The notes below the pieces were generated by a model that was given only the letters and a program-made list of their open reading frames with translations, ran no database searches and was not told the origin of the DNA. Source: Mobula hypostoma (taxonomy: Eukaryota). Taken from it: a stretch of DNA of 64,000 nucleotides. Positions 49,414 through 61,434 of the stretch are shown piece after piece. A program made the translations under genes and the position numbers. The stretch covers positions 69,070,001 through 69,134,000 of the forward strand of contig NC_086097.1 in NCBI RefSeq assembly GCF_963921235.1, read 5' to 3'. Every line of letters begins with the position of its first letter. The stretch's first letter is position 1.

Positions 49414-52400
49414 TGTAATCGGGTGACCGTCGGATCTTATTCAGTATCGTTAAAAGTATACTTAGGCATCCATCCGGGTAATGCTAGAATAGTTGTCTGT
49501 GCCTTTAAGGGAGACAGTGATGTCATTACGCATGCGCGGGATAATGGGGAGACCACTTTGTTTCTGCTGAAGACGCTGGTGGGGCGTTGGAATTGAGTTC
49601 CTAACCCGAGATTGGGCATGATGAGGAAAGGTGAGCATTAATTGACGATATCCATGTGAAATCATTTATGCTTGTTGTTGAATCGAGATTATCGGTAATT
49701 TGATATAGAACCATAGAAACCATAGAAACTACAGCACAGAACAGGCCTTTTGGCCCTTCTTGGCTGTGCCGAACCATTTTCTGCCTAGTCCCACTGACCT
49801 GCACACGGACCATATCCCTCCATACACCTCCCATCCATGTATCTGTCCAATTCATTCTTAAATGTTAAAAAAGAACCTGCATTTACCACCTCATCTGGCA
49901 GCTCATTCCATACTCCCACCACCCTCTGTGTGAAGAAGCCCCCCCCAATGTTCCCTTTAAACTTTTCCCCCTTCATCCTTAACCCATGTCCTCTGGTTTT
50001 TTTCTCCCCTTGCCTCAGTGGAAAAAGCCTGCTTGCATTCACTCTAACTATACCCATCATAATTTTATATACCTCTATCAAATCTCCCCTCATTCTTCTA
50101 CGCTCCAGGGAATAAAGTCCTAACCTATTCAACCTTTCTCTGTAACTGAGTTTCTCAAGTCCCAGCAACATCCTTGTAAACCTTCTCTGCACTCTTTCAA
50201 CCTTATTTATATCCTTCCTGTAATTTGGTGACCAAAACTGAGCACAATACTCCAGATTCGGCCTCACCAATGCCTTATACAACCTCATCATAACATTCCA
50301 GCTCTTATACTCAATACTTTGATTAATAAAGGCCAATGTACCAAAAGCTCTCTTTACAACCCTATCTACTTCTGACGCCACTTTTAGGAATTTTGTATCT
50401 GTATTCCCAGATCCCTCTGTTCCACTGCATTCCTCAGTGCCCTACCATTAACCCTGTATGTTCTACCTTGGTTTGTCCTTCCAACGTGCAATACCTCACA
50501 CTTGTCTGTATTAAACTCCATCTGCCATTCTTCAGCCCATTTTTCCAGCTGATCCAAGTCCCTCTGCAGGCTCTGAAAACCTTCCTCACTGTCTACTACA
50601 CCTCCAATCTTTGTATCATCAGCAAATTTGCTGATCCAATTTACCACATTATCATCCAGATCATTGATATAGATGACAAATAACAATGGACCCAGCACTG
50701 ATCCCTGTGGCACACCACTAGTCACAGGCCTCCACTCAGAGAAGCAATTCTCTACCACCACTCTTTGGCTTCTTCCATTGAGCCAATGTCTAATCCAATT
50801 TACCACCTCTCCATGTATACCTACCGACTGAATTTTCCTAACTAACCTCCCATGCGGGACCTTGTCAAAGGCCTTACTAAAATCCATGTAGACAATATCC
50901 ACTGCCTTCCCTTCATCCACTTTCCTGGTAACCTCCTCAAAAAACTCCAATAGATTGGTCAAACATGACCTACCACTCACAAAGCCATGTTGACTCTCCC
51001 TAATAAGTCCCTGTCTATCCAAATGCTTGTAGATTCTGTCTCTTAGTACTCCCTCCAATAACTTACCTACTACTGATGTTAAACTCACCAGCCTATAATT
51101 TCCCGGATTACTTTTCGATCCTTTTTTAAACAACGGAACAACATGAGCCACTCTCCAATCCTCCGGCACCTCACCCGTAGACAGCGACTTTTTAAATATT
51201 TCTGCCAGGGCCCCCGCAATTTCAACACTAGTCTCCTTCAAGGTCCGAGGGAACACTCTGTCAGGTCCCGGGGATTTATCCACTTTAATTTTTCTCAAGA
51301 CAACAAGCACCTCCTTCTTTTCAATCTGTAAGTTTCCATGATCTCACTACTTGATACCCTCAATTCCAAAGACTTCGTGCCAGTTTCCTTAGTAAATACA
51401 GACGCAAAAAACCTATTTAAGATCTCCCCCATTTCCTTTGGTTCTGCACATAGCCGACCACTCTGATCTTCAAGAGGACCAATTTTATCCCTTACAATTC
51501 TTTTGCTCTTAATATACCTGTAAAAGCTCTTTGGATTATCCTTCACTTTGATTGCCAAGGCAACCTCATGTCTTCTTTTAGCCCTCCTGATTACTTTCTT
51601 AAGTATTTTCTTGCACTTCTTACACTCCTCAAGCACCTGATTTACTCCCTGTTTCCTGTACATTTCACACAACTCTTCTTCTTTATCAGAGTTGCAATAT
51701 CCCTTGAGAACCAAGGTTCCTTATTCCTATTCAATTTGCCTTTAATCCTGACAGGAACATACAAACTCTGCACTCTCAAAATTTCCCCTTTGAAGGCTTC
51801 CCACCTACCAATCACATCTTTGCTTGAGAACAACCTGTCCCAATCCACGTATTTTAGATCCTTTCTCATTTCTTCAAATTTGGCCTTCTTCCAGTTCAGA
51901 ACCTTAACCCTAGGACCAGATCTATCCTTGTCCATGATCAAATTGAAACTAATGGTGTTATGATCACTGGAACCAAAGTTCTCCCCTACACAGACTTCCG
52001 TCACTTGTCCTAACTCGTTTCCTAACAGGAGATCCAATATTGCATCCCCTCTAGTTGGTCCCTCTATATATTGATTTAGAAAACTTTCCTGAACACATTT
52101 TACAAACTCTAAACCATCTAGACCCCTAACAGTATGGGAGTCCCAATCAATGTATGGAAAATTAAAATCCCCTACCACCACAACTTTATGTTTCCTGCAG
52201 TTGCCTGCTATCTCTCTGCAGATTTGCTCTTCCAAGTCTCGTTGACTATTGGGTGGTCTGTAATACAATCCCACTAATGTGGCCATACCTTTCCTGTTTC
52301 TCAGCTCCACCCATAAGGACTCAGTAGACAAGCCCTCTAATCTGTCCTGCCTGAGCACTGCTGTAATATTTTCCCTGACAAGCAATGCCACTCCCCCACC

Positions 52401-53848
52401 TTTCATTCCTCTGCCTCGATCACATCTGAAACATCGGAACCCTGGAATATTAAGCTGCCAGTCCCGCCCCTCCTATAGCCAAGTTTCACTAATTGCTATA
52501 ACGTCATAATTCCACGTGTCAATCCACGCCCTCAACTCATCCGCCTTACCCGCAATACTCCTAGCATTGAAATATATACACCTCAGAAGATTTTTACCAC
52601 CACTCACAACCTTTCTATCAGCGGATTTTGCTTGAACTCTTAACATCATTTATTTTCACCCCAGCCACACTGTCAGCTCTGGCATTCTGGTTCCCATCCC
52701 CCTTGCAAATCTAGTTTAAAGCCTCCCCAACAGCACTAACAAACCTCCCTGAAAGGATATTGGTCCCCCTGTAGTTCAAGTGTAACCCATCACTCTTGTA
52801 CAGGTCCCACCTGCCCCAGAAGAGGTCCCAATGATCCTGAAATCTGAAACCCTGCCCCCTACACCAGTTCCTCAGCCACTTGTTCATCCTCCAGAGCATC
52901 CTATTCCTACCCTCACTGGCATATAGCACAGGTAGCAATCCTGAGGTTACCACCCTCGAGGTCCTGCTTTTCAACTTCCTACCAAGCTCTTCATACTCAC
53001 TCTCCAGGATCTCCTCACTCTTCCTTGCTATGTCATTGGTACTGATGTGCACCACGACATCTGGCTGATCACCCTCCCACTTCAGAATGTCATGCAAGCG
53101 ATCAGAGACATCCTTGACCCTGGCACCCAGGAGGCAACAAACCATCCTGGATTCTCTGTCATGACCACAGAACCTCCTATCTGCACCTCTAACTATCGAA
53201 TCCCCTATCACTACTGCTCTCCTCTTTTTCCACCCTCCCTTCTGCACTGCAGAGCCAGACCTGTTTTACATATGGATGTTTTAGATTTTCATGAGTAAAG
53301 GCACGAGTAAAGGATCGCGGGACTTATGCAAAGTTCCTCACCATCCAAGTAGGTCAGTCTTCCTGTAACTTAACTACCAGGCAATACCTTGTAAAAGCAG
53401 TGCCAAAGTGTACCTTTTGTCTAACCTTATTGTATCAGGACTGATTGTGCATGTAACAGCGTAATGTGAATGTTTAGTCTCTGTTCGGAAGTTCAGCGCA
53501 TGTGTACGTCTTAGATGAGATGTATTCGCTTATATTTTTCGCTGTTATGTATAAGATGCAGGGTGGGTGGGATTCTAATGTTGTTTGGATTGTAATCCTT
53601 CAGGATTGCCACTACCGTATTAGTACCGTATTAGTTCTGGTATTTTTTATACTGCATACGCAATTCTGTCCATACCCAAGGGTGTGGATCGAAAGTTAAA
53701 CTGTGATTATAACAGCAAGAACTGGTTGTAAATTCGTTCGTTTTGTTTTGCGACCCTCTTCTGGCACAGAAACATCTAGAACAGATAAAGAAATTAAAAC
53801 CCGAAAAAGTATTTGTTGTCCTGAGTGTGTACTTTTCCCCAGGCTACA
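49414..53848 (+). mobile_element. Solo LTR (~880 bp excluding the CR1 inside it) inserted in the Gypsy integrase
   Basis: TGTAAT...GGCTACA termini, exact TSD CAAT (49410-49413, 53849-53852); the integrase C-terminal sequence is continuous across it. Orientation tentative. Confidence 0.85.
49705..53260 (-). mobile_element. Relatively young CR1 with SGNH-esterase ORF1 part and frameshifted ORF2
   Basis: 52711-53247 AVVIGDSIVRG..GARVKDV..DGLHLN (SGNH); 51642-52406 EN; 50384-51310 RT; 49785-50381 C-terminus; (CCATAGAAA)n tail. Confidence 0.97.
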
Positions 53849-55801
53849 CAATCTCCACTGTTCAGGCAAGTGATCCAGTTCTGTGCTTAATCTTTCCAAG
53901 ACCCCACGTTTGATCACCTCTCTAGTCCCTCACCAGGACTGTTTAGCCTGGAGTGAATCATCAAACCTCCTTGTTTGAGGAACCTTCAATTTGTCTCGAA
54001 ATTGTCCTGCATACTCCCTCTGAGATTAGGTTTGAGGAGATCCAAGTGTGAGTGCAAAGGATGAACCAGGAACAGCATAGCTGATGAGCTGTTGTTTGTG
54101 GAATGTGCTGCATTGTGATATACAAGGAGGAAATTGGCAAGCTTGTACTAACATTACTACCAAGAAATACGTGCCCATAAATGGTCTGGCAAAATCCACA
54201 TGAATCCCTTGCCAGGGCAGTGCAGGCCGTTCCCAGGGATGGCGAGCTGCTGCTCTTGGCATCTTCTAGAGGTGTTGGCATTGTGAACAGTGCATAGCAA
54301 GCTGCTGAATTTGCTGATCTATCCCAGGCCACCAGACAAAGGTCTGAGCCAATGCCGTCATTTTCACCATGCTGAGATGAACAACATGTAGCACCTCCAA
54401 CACTTCTGTTCTCAGCTTAGATAGTACAACAACTCTCAATCGCCTCATAACACAACCTCCATCATGGGCAAGTTCACCCCGTCACTGATAAAACTGGGGG
54501 AACTGGAAGTTCTGCTGCACATTCCAGCCATTTTTGGGTGGCCATGTAGTCCCGAGACAATGTGGGGTCTTTTCTAGTTTCCCTTTGGATCATGTCTGTC
54601 GTGACAGGAAAACTTCTGATTTGCATTAAGGAGAATATGTCAAGAGGAGTGTCTTATTTTGTAAATTTTTCAGATATTTCCTTTTCCCAGGGTAAACAGG
54701 GCAATCCATCAGCATTTCTGTGATTAATTATCCTCTTGAATTTGATCTTATAGTTGTGACCTCCAAGAAACAGAGCCCATCTCTGCACTTATGATGCTGC
54801 TGTTAGTGAAACACCCTTATGTGGATTGAAAATGGACACCAGCGGTTGATGATCAGTAATGAGGGTAATCCTCTCCCATACAAGTACTGATTGAAACGTT
54901 TTCTACCCCAAATCAGACTCAAGGCCTCTCTGTCAATCTGTGCATAATTTTTCTCTGCAGTGGTAAGGGAACATGATGCAAAGGCTATGAGGTGTTCACT
55001 TCCATAACTTATAATATGTGACATGGCTGCACCGATGCCATAGGCATCACAGGCAAGCTTCCCTGGATCATGGTGTGAGTACAGTGTCCGATGTCACCAT
55101 TTCCTTTACCTTTTTAAAAGTCACCTCATACTGCTTTGTCCATTGCCATTTTTTCCTGATCTGTAGCAATGAGTTGAAGTGCTGGAGCACAGTAGCTGGA
55201 TTTGGCAGGAACCTGTTACAGTAATTGACAAATCCTCAAAAGGACTGCAACTGTGACACATCCTTTGGCCTTAAGGTATCCTTCACTCCTTGAATTTTCT
55301 CAGCACATGTAAAACTTGTGTGTCAATGGTGTAACCACAGTAAGTGATGCTTGGTTGAAAGAATTCACACTTGCCATGATGTGCTGTGAGCCCATAATCT
55401 TCTAATCTTGTTAACACTCTCTTGAGATTCTGGAGATGTTCCTTGTCATCCTTACAGGTAACAATGATGTCATCCAGGTAACACTGAGTGCCTGGGCAGC
55501 CTTGCAGCACCTGATCCTTGGTTTTCTGATGGAGTGCAGGTGCAGATGCTACTACAAAAATAAGCCTATTATAGCGATAAAGCCATTGTGAGTGCTTATG
55601 GTGAGAAACACTTTGGACTCTTCTTTCATCTCCGTCTGTAGCTGGACCTCAGTTGAATCCACTTTGCTGAAGTGTTTCTCTCCAGAAAGGTTTGCAAAGA
55701 TATCCTCTATCCTGGGCAGAGAGTATTGGGTTGATGGTGACCTTAAAACCACCGTAGATCCTGTCAGACTGTTCAGACTGTGATGGAGAGCACTTGGTAA
55801 A

Positions 55802-55931
55802 CACATTCCTTACACACAGCCACACACACAACATAGACACACACACACAAACACAAACACACAGACACACACACAGAAACACACGCAAACACACAAACAC
55901 ACATAAAACAGACAGACACACACACACACAT
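55802..55931. repeat. Imperfect (CA)n microsatellite
   Basis: Directly visible in the sequence. Confidence 0.95.
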
Positions 55932-56729
55932 TCTGCTGTCACTGTGTTCAGTGTACTCATTTCAATATTTTTCCTAGTCTGTTCGTATAATGGGTCCTAA
56001 ACTGAGTTGATGCACTTGGGTTGGCTCTATGGTGCCTTTCCCAGCATACACTGCAGAATATTCCAATTTTTCATAATGGGGATGTGTAAATATGTACCTG
56101 CTGTTTCCATATAGTAGTTAAGGTAGATACTTCTGTTTATTTTGCAATATGTAACTACATTGTGGGAGCATCATATTCTAATTCATGTGTAGTCAAGTTA
56201 ACTTTGTGGATAATTAAAGATGGTTCTGTCCTAGTGCCTAATAAAATGAGGCTCTTTGCCCTCAGTAGGAAAGAGTGATAGGGGCTGCCAGGAGTTCACA
56301 CCAGAAAAGTAAGTATGGAGCTATTATTGTGTTTTCTGGACAATATGTTTTTGTAAATATTGGCAGTTTTCTTTTCATTATTTTACTAATTTTTGAGCTT
56401 GATCTTGATGCACCTAATAATCACACTTGCTCTAGAGTACTAAGCGACTCCAGCCATTTTTTTTCATTTGGTCACAACCCACGTATCTAACATATGGCGT
56501 CCATGGTGGGATGGCCAATTGCAAGCAGCTGCGTTAAACTCGGCGGGGAGAGGGGTATCGTGGTCCCAGGTCAGGAAATCCCTGAAGCTAAAACTGAAGC
56601 AAATGCCTGGGAAACCACAAAGACCTCAGAGGAGAAAGAACTTCAGACCAGGACAAACTCTATCTAGAAGCAGGAGGGCCTTCAAGTGGCACCACCTCTG
56701 AACCTTCCCTGGAAAATCTGTTCAGAGAC

Positions 56730-57468
56730 CTTCGATTTTTGGCTTGCAGTGGTTTCCTCTGTGGTGCTTTCAAAGAACACCATTCTTGTTCAGTATTTTT
56801 CTTATAGTGGACACATGAACAGAGTCTTCAACAAATTTTACAGATTTCTGCAGGTCTTTTGCTGTTACCCTTGGGTTCTTTTTCACCTCCTTTGACATTG
56901 CACATTGTGCTCGGTGTGATTTTCGCAGGATGCCCACTCCCGGGGAAGAGTACTGAGTTTCCCCCATTTGTAGTTTATCTCACTGTGGACTGATGAGCAC
57001 TCAGGTCTTTAGAAATGCTTTTGTAGCCTTTTCCAGTTTCATGCGTCTTTACAATTCTTCTTCCAAGATCCTCTGGAAATTGTTTTGATCGAGGTATGGT
57101 GCACGTAAACAGATCTTTCTTGAAAAGAGCAGGCTTTGTCAGTAACCTGACTAGGTGTGTCTTTTATAGGGCAGGACACCTCTACAACCCACACTTCCAA
57201 TCCTATCTCATTGATTGGAGCACCTGACTCTAAATAGCTTTTGTAGAAGGCATTACTCCAGAGGTTCACGTACATTTTCCAACAAATATATGTAATATTG
57301 GATCATTTTTCTCAATAAATAAATGAAGTATACTGTTTCTGTGTTATTTATTTAATTTGGTTCTCGTTATCTAGTATTAGGACTTGTGTGAAGATCTGAT
57401 CACATTTTAGGTCATATTTATACAGAAATAGAGAAGATTCTACAGGGTTCACAAACTTTCTAGCACTA
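56730..57468 (-). mobile_element. Tc1 transposon 5' part
   Basis: TIR-like GTGCTAGAAAGTTTGTGAACCC; transposase N-terminus ..GKGYKSISKDL..STVR and KEVKKNPRVTAKDLQKS..VHVSTIRKILNKNG. Confidence 0.85.
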
Positions 57469-58516
57469 CCACACATTGTGGGGTGCATCAAATTCCAATC
57501 CATGTGTAGTCTTAAGTTAACTTTGTGGGTAATTAAAGATGGTATGCCCTGGTGCCTCATAAAGTGGGGCTCTTTGCATGCGCTATCTCCTCCAACAGAG
57601 TCAAATGAAAGCGAATTAAGGAAGGCACTGGATGATGCTATGGCTGTGTTCAAGGATGGACTGGAAAAACTCAAAGATATCAAGAGTAAAATCATTTTAA
57701 ATGAAAATGAAAGAGTGATAGGGGCTGCCAGGAATTTACACCAGAAGAATAAGTATGCAGCTATTATTGTGTTTTCTAGTCAATATCTTTTTGTAAATAT
57801 TGGCAGTTTTTCTTTCACTATTTTCGATAATTTTCTTCAGTTTAATTTTTGAAGCATCCAATAAACACCCTTGCACTAAAGTACTGAGCAACTACAGCCA
57901 TTTTTTTTTCCTTTGGTCTATATCTGCATATCTAACACAGGTCATTGTTTCTTGGCTACTGGGACCAATAGCATTGCCCATGGGCTCCACCCAAACCCAG
58001 AAAGAATTCCTTCAGCCCCCATGCAAACTTGCTCACAGGCTACTTTATCACAGATAGCATAAAAACCAGAAAGGTGTTGCAAAACTCAAATGTGGCAGTT
58101 TCATTGAAAACGATTTTACTCTTGATATATTTGAGTATTCCAATTCACCCTTGAACACAGCTGTAGCATCATCCAGTGCCTTCCTTAATTCACTTTCAGC
58201 TGGCTCTGTTGGAGGGGATGTGGCATGCAAATGGTGGATGCATCTCCAAACACATTATAGTTGTCTCAGACACTCACGAGTTCACAATTCTGACCCTCCT
58301 GCTTTTACCACTTACAAGCCTAATGTTTCACTGTTACGAATGTCATTCCCATAGGAGTTACTTTTTTGAAGCATAGGTTCTTAGTTGGATATTTGCAGGC
58401 TTCAGTTCAGTGTTCTTGAAGTGCCATTCAAACTCACTTTGTGGAATGACTGAAAAAGCCTAGCCAGTGTCCAAATACATTTTAATTAATTTGCCGTTCA
58501 CCTCGGCTTGTCTCTT

Positions 58517-58695
58517 TAAAAATGCACACACAAGGAAATCTGCAGATGCTGGAAATTCAAGCAACGCACACAAAATGCTGGTGGAATGCAGCAGGCCAGG
58601 CAGCATCTCTAGGAAGCAGTACAGTCGACTGTACTTCTTCTTACAGATGCTACCTGGCCTGCTGCATTCCACCAGAATTTTGTGTGTGTGGCTTG
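58517..58695. mobile_element. Penelope-derived palindromic insertion centred on GTCGAC
   Basis: Arms ~58558-58626 and 58627-58695; GGCTTGTCTCTT duplicated at 58505-58516 and 58690-58701. Confidence 0.85.
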
Positions 58696-59899
58696 TCTCT
58701 TGTTAGTTTTCATATTTTAAGTCTCAAGGCTACTTAGTCCTGAGTAACTCTCATCGTTATCAGAGTTTTCATCAACAACAAGCAGATCAGTGCTCTTTTT
58801 GAAACTACAACTTGACTTTTTATGTTTTTCTCTTTCCTGTGCAGTCCATTTATTTTTGTCTGCCTGGCATACTCTTTGTATGTGTCCTACTTTGTTGCAT
58901 TTTCTGCAAGTTTCGCCTTCAAACCTCCATTGGTCTGGTGTATGTGAGCCCCTGCCACAATGGTAACACCATTTGTTCAGCCAGGCTGGTTTCTGTTTTG
59001 ACATTACAAGTTTGTTCATGCTCACTTTCATTTGCAATTGTGTCTCTGACTGCTGTTTCCATTGATATAGCAATTTCAACTGCTCTTTTAACTGAGAGTT
59101 GTATTTCAGTTAGGAGCTATTTTTGAATGCTTTCCTGTAAGATTCCACAAACTGAACGATCTCTCAGTACATCATTAGGCTCTTCACTGAACTGACAATG
59201 CTCAGACAATCTCTTTAATTCGGCGCATACACTGAAATGAACTCTTTCCTTTTGTTTCCACTTATGAAACCTGAAGTATTCTGCAATCAACAATGATTTT
59301 TCTTCTAAATGTTCCTGCATTACATTCATGATATCAGCAAAACTCATTTTGTCTGGTTTGGTTGGAGCAGTCAAATCTGTATGCTTTTCCACCCAATGCA
59401 CTCATCAAAACTGGCACTCGCTTTTCATTGTCTACTTCATTCGCTTTAAAATACTGCTCAATTTGCTCAGTGTATATCAGTCAGATATCTTTTGTGCAAA
59501 CAAATTAATTTACCTTTCTGATGCAGCCAGCCATTTTTACTTGCTTTTTAAAAAATTTATTATCATTATCACCCGGTACTCACTGTTAATAAACCCGTGA
59601 AATTCATCCGTTTTCTACCTTTTTTTAACTTGCATCTATGTCCCTTCCTAAAAAAGCACGTGATATGATTTTTTAAAAAATTCAGACATCTCACCGCTGC
59701 TTTTTAAACTCAAACATCTTGCTGCACTTCAACGGGTAGGTAGTCATCTTGGGTTCATTATAGGACTCAATCACCACCACTGTTATGTTTTGTAAATCAA
59801 AAACAAAAATCATCTACACAAAGGACTGGGTAACCTCCTCCTGTCTGTAAATTTCCATGATTTTATGAATATGCCACAGAGCATCTGCAGAGGGTGAAT

Positions 59900-60753
59900 T
59901 AATCAAATCAAAATCAAGTTTAATTATCATTCAAACCATACATGGATACAGTTGAATGAGACAGTATTCCTCTGGGACCAAGGTGCATAACATACATTCA
60001 AAATAGCAAGAGAAAAAAAACACATTGTTACACAAGAAAATACATGTCCAAGTCCCTGAGCAACATGCAAATTGATGGTACAAACCCCGACAATCCAGCG
60101 TGTCATTCCACCGGTTGAACACTGGAGGGCAACACTGATGGGAGAGGACAGCTCCCAATGGAACATGGAAGTCACGCTACATTGCCTCCAGAATCTCACC
60201 TGGACCAGGAGCAGGTAAGCCCATGGCTTGAGGCCTATTTCTCGCCACAACCGAAGCCATGATGCTGCCTTGTCACCTGTCTCACCACCAATTAAGGGAG
60301 CAGGTCTGCAACATCTCACATTATCAATGTCCAACAGGGTCTTGCGATCGCAAGAGAAACATCCAAGTCAGTCACTCACAGTTACACTACACACTGCTTT
60401 CGCACACCAACTCTGATATCTTTGAGTAGCAGGCAACAGCACTGTCTGCACCCAGGTCAGCTCCTCTGTACCTGCTCCAGCCTGTCCGCCAGCTTCTCCT
60501 TCTCTGAGCCATGCTTTGGCTTCTCCTTCTCCAGCCCAAGCACCAGTTTCTCCTTATCCGACTCTTCTGCCAGCTACTTCGACACCGCATCTGACTGCTC
60601 CAAACGTCGAGCAGTTCGCTGATGTAGTAGACCTGCTGCACCCTTTGTTTTCGGAGTCCATTACAATCTTACCATCACAAAAAACATTTTTTTTAAATGT
60701 GCATCTTTGGTTGGCCCCCGAGAGGCTGCTGCATTTGAACGCACTACCATCTT
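59900..60753 (-). mobile_element. Putative non-autonomous LINE-derived element
   Basis: Minus-strand start AAGATGGTAG (AAGATGGCG-like), 3' (TTGAT)n-type tail; no RT-coding region recognised. Confidence 0.45.
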
Positions 60754-61434
60754 ATCAAAGTCAAGACTATGCAAGGAATCAAGGCAGGGAGTCGCAAGAT
60801 GGATGGTCTGTGGACACAAATACTACAGAATGGAATCACCTTCTGCTGAAAAATAGCCCAGCATGTGATGGGGCTCCCTGGTGCTCTGGGAAAGCCTGCA
60901 ATGTGGGCCATGCCTGCTGTTCTTTCATCCTGCTTCATGAGAATGCAAAAGAGGTCCCCTACCACAGAGAACCTATATCACCTCCTAAATCTAGTTGTGT
61001 ACAATGAACAGTCAAATCATATCTGCTGTAAATTAGAACTCAAAATCCACATTAAGAGAATCAAAGTGTGGAATTAATTCTGGAGGAAAAGATCTTTTAG
61101 CAATGCTCCCACCAGTGTCTTAATAATTGTCAGACCAAGCTTTGCTGAGCAAATTTATAACAACTCTCTTGCTGATCTCATATTGAATCTTGTTCACCCT
61201 TGTGTTCCTAGCCTCAGTAATCTATTTCAATTTTCAGTTAATCAACAACTCACTTTTGAAATTCTTGTCCTTGTTTTAAGATTCTTCCATGTTTGCAACT
61301 TGCCCATATCTGTGATCTTTTCCAGCGGATATTTAGTCACAGCATTGTTGGTGGAGCTGCCAGACCCTTAAGCTTTTATTTTTCCTCCAAATCCCCCTCC
61401 TATCTACTTACTGTATGTCTCTCAATCTTGTTTT

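Larger units (their letters stand above)
55770..57937 (+). mobile_element. Second, collapsed LTR element inside the Gypsy RT
   Basis: LTR 55770-56492 (TGTTCAGA...ATCTAACA) followed by PBS-like TGGCGTCC (56495); partial second LTR ~57470-57937; decayed 5-bp TSD CAGAC/CAGGT. Confidence 0.7.
48460..59810 (-). mobile_element. Decayed Gypsy/Ty3 LTR retrotransposon hosting several nested insertions
   Basis: 3' LTR 48460-48693 with PPT AAGCAGGGAGGAG at 48694-48706; integrase ~53860-54500 and 49200-49409; RNase H 54803-55024; RT YLDDIIV 55283-55760; protease LDTG ~58465; gag zinc knuckles 58717-59079; PBS-like GTGGTGGTGA and LTR stub at 59781. Confidence 0.9.

Noticed and set aside
49785..52406. Active retrotransposon or domesticated RT
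   Set aside because: ORF2 is broken by several frameshifts (near 51650, 51300 and 50382) and the element is 5'-truncated.
52711..53247. Stand-alone SGNH/GDSL esterase gene
   Set aside because: It is the known CR1 ORF1 esterase domain, directly upstream of ORF2.
55649..56000. Cys/Val-rich and His/Thr-rich ORFs
   Set aside because: Translations of the (CA)n microsatellite.
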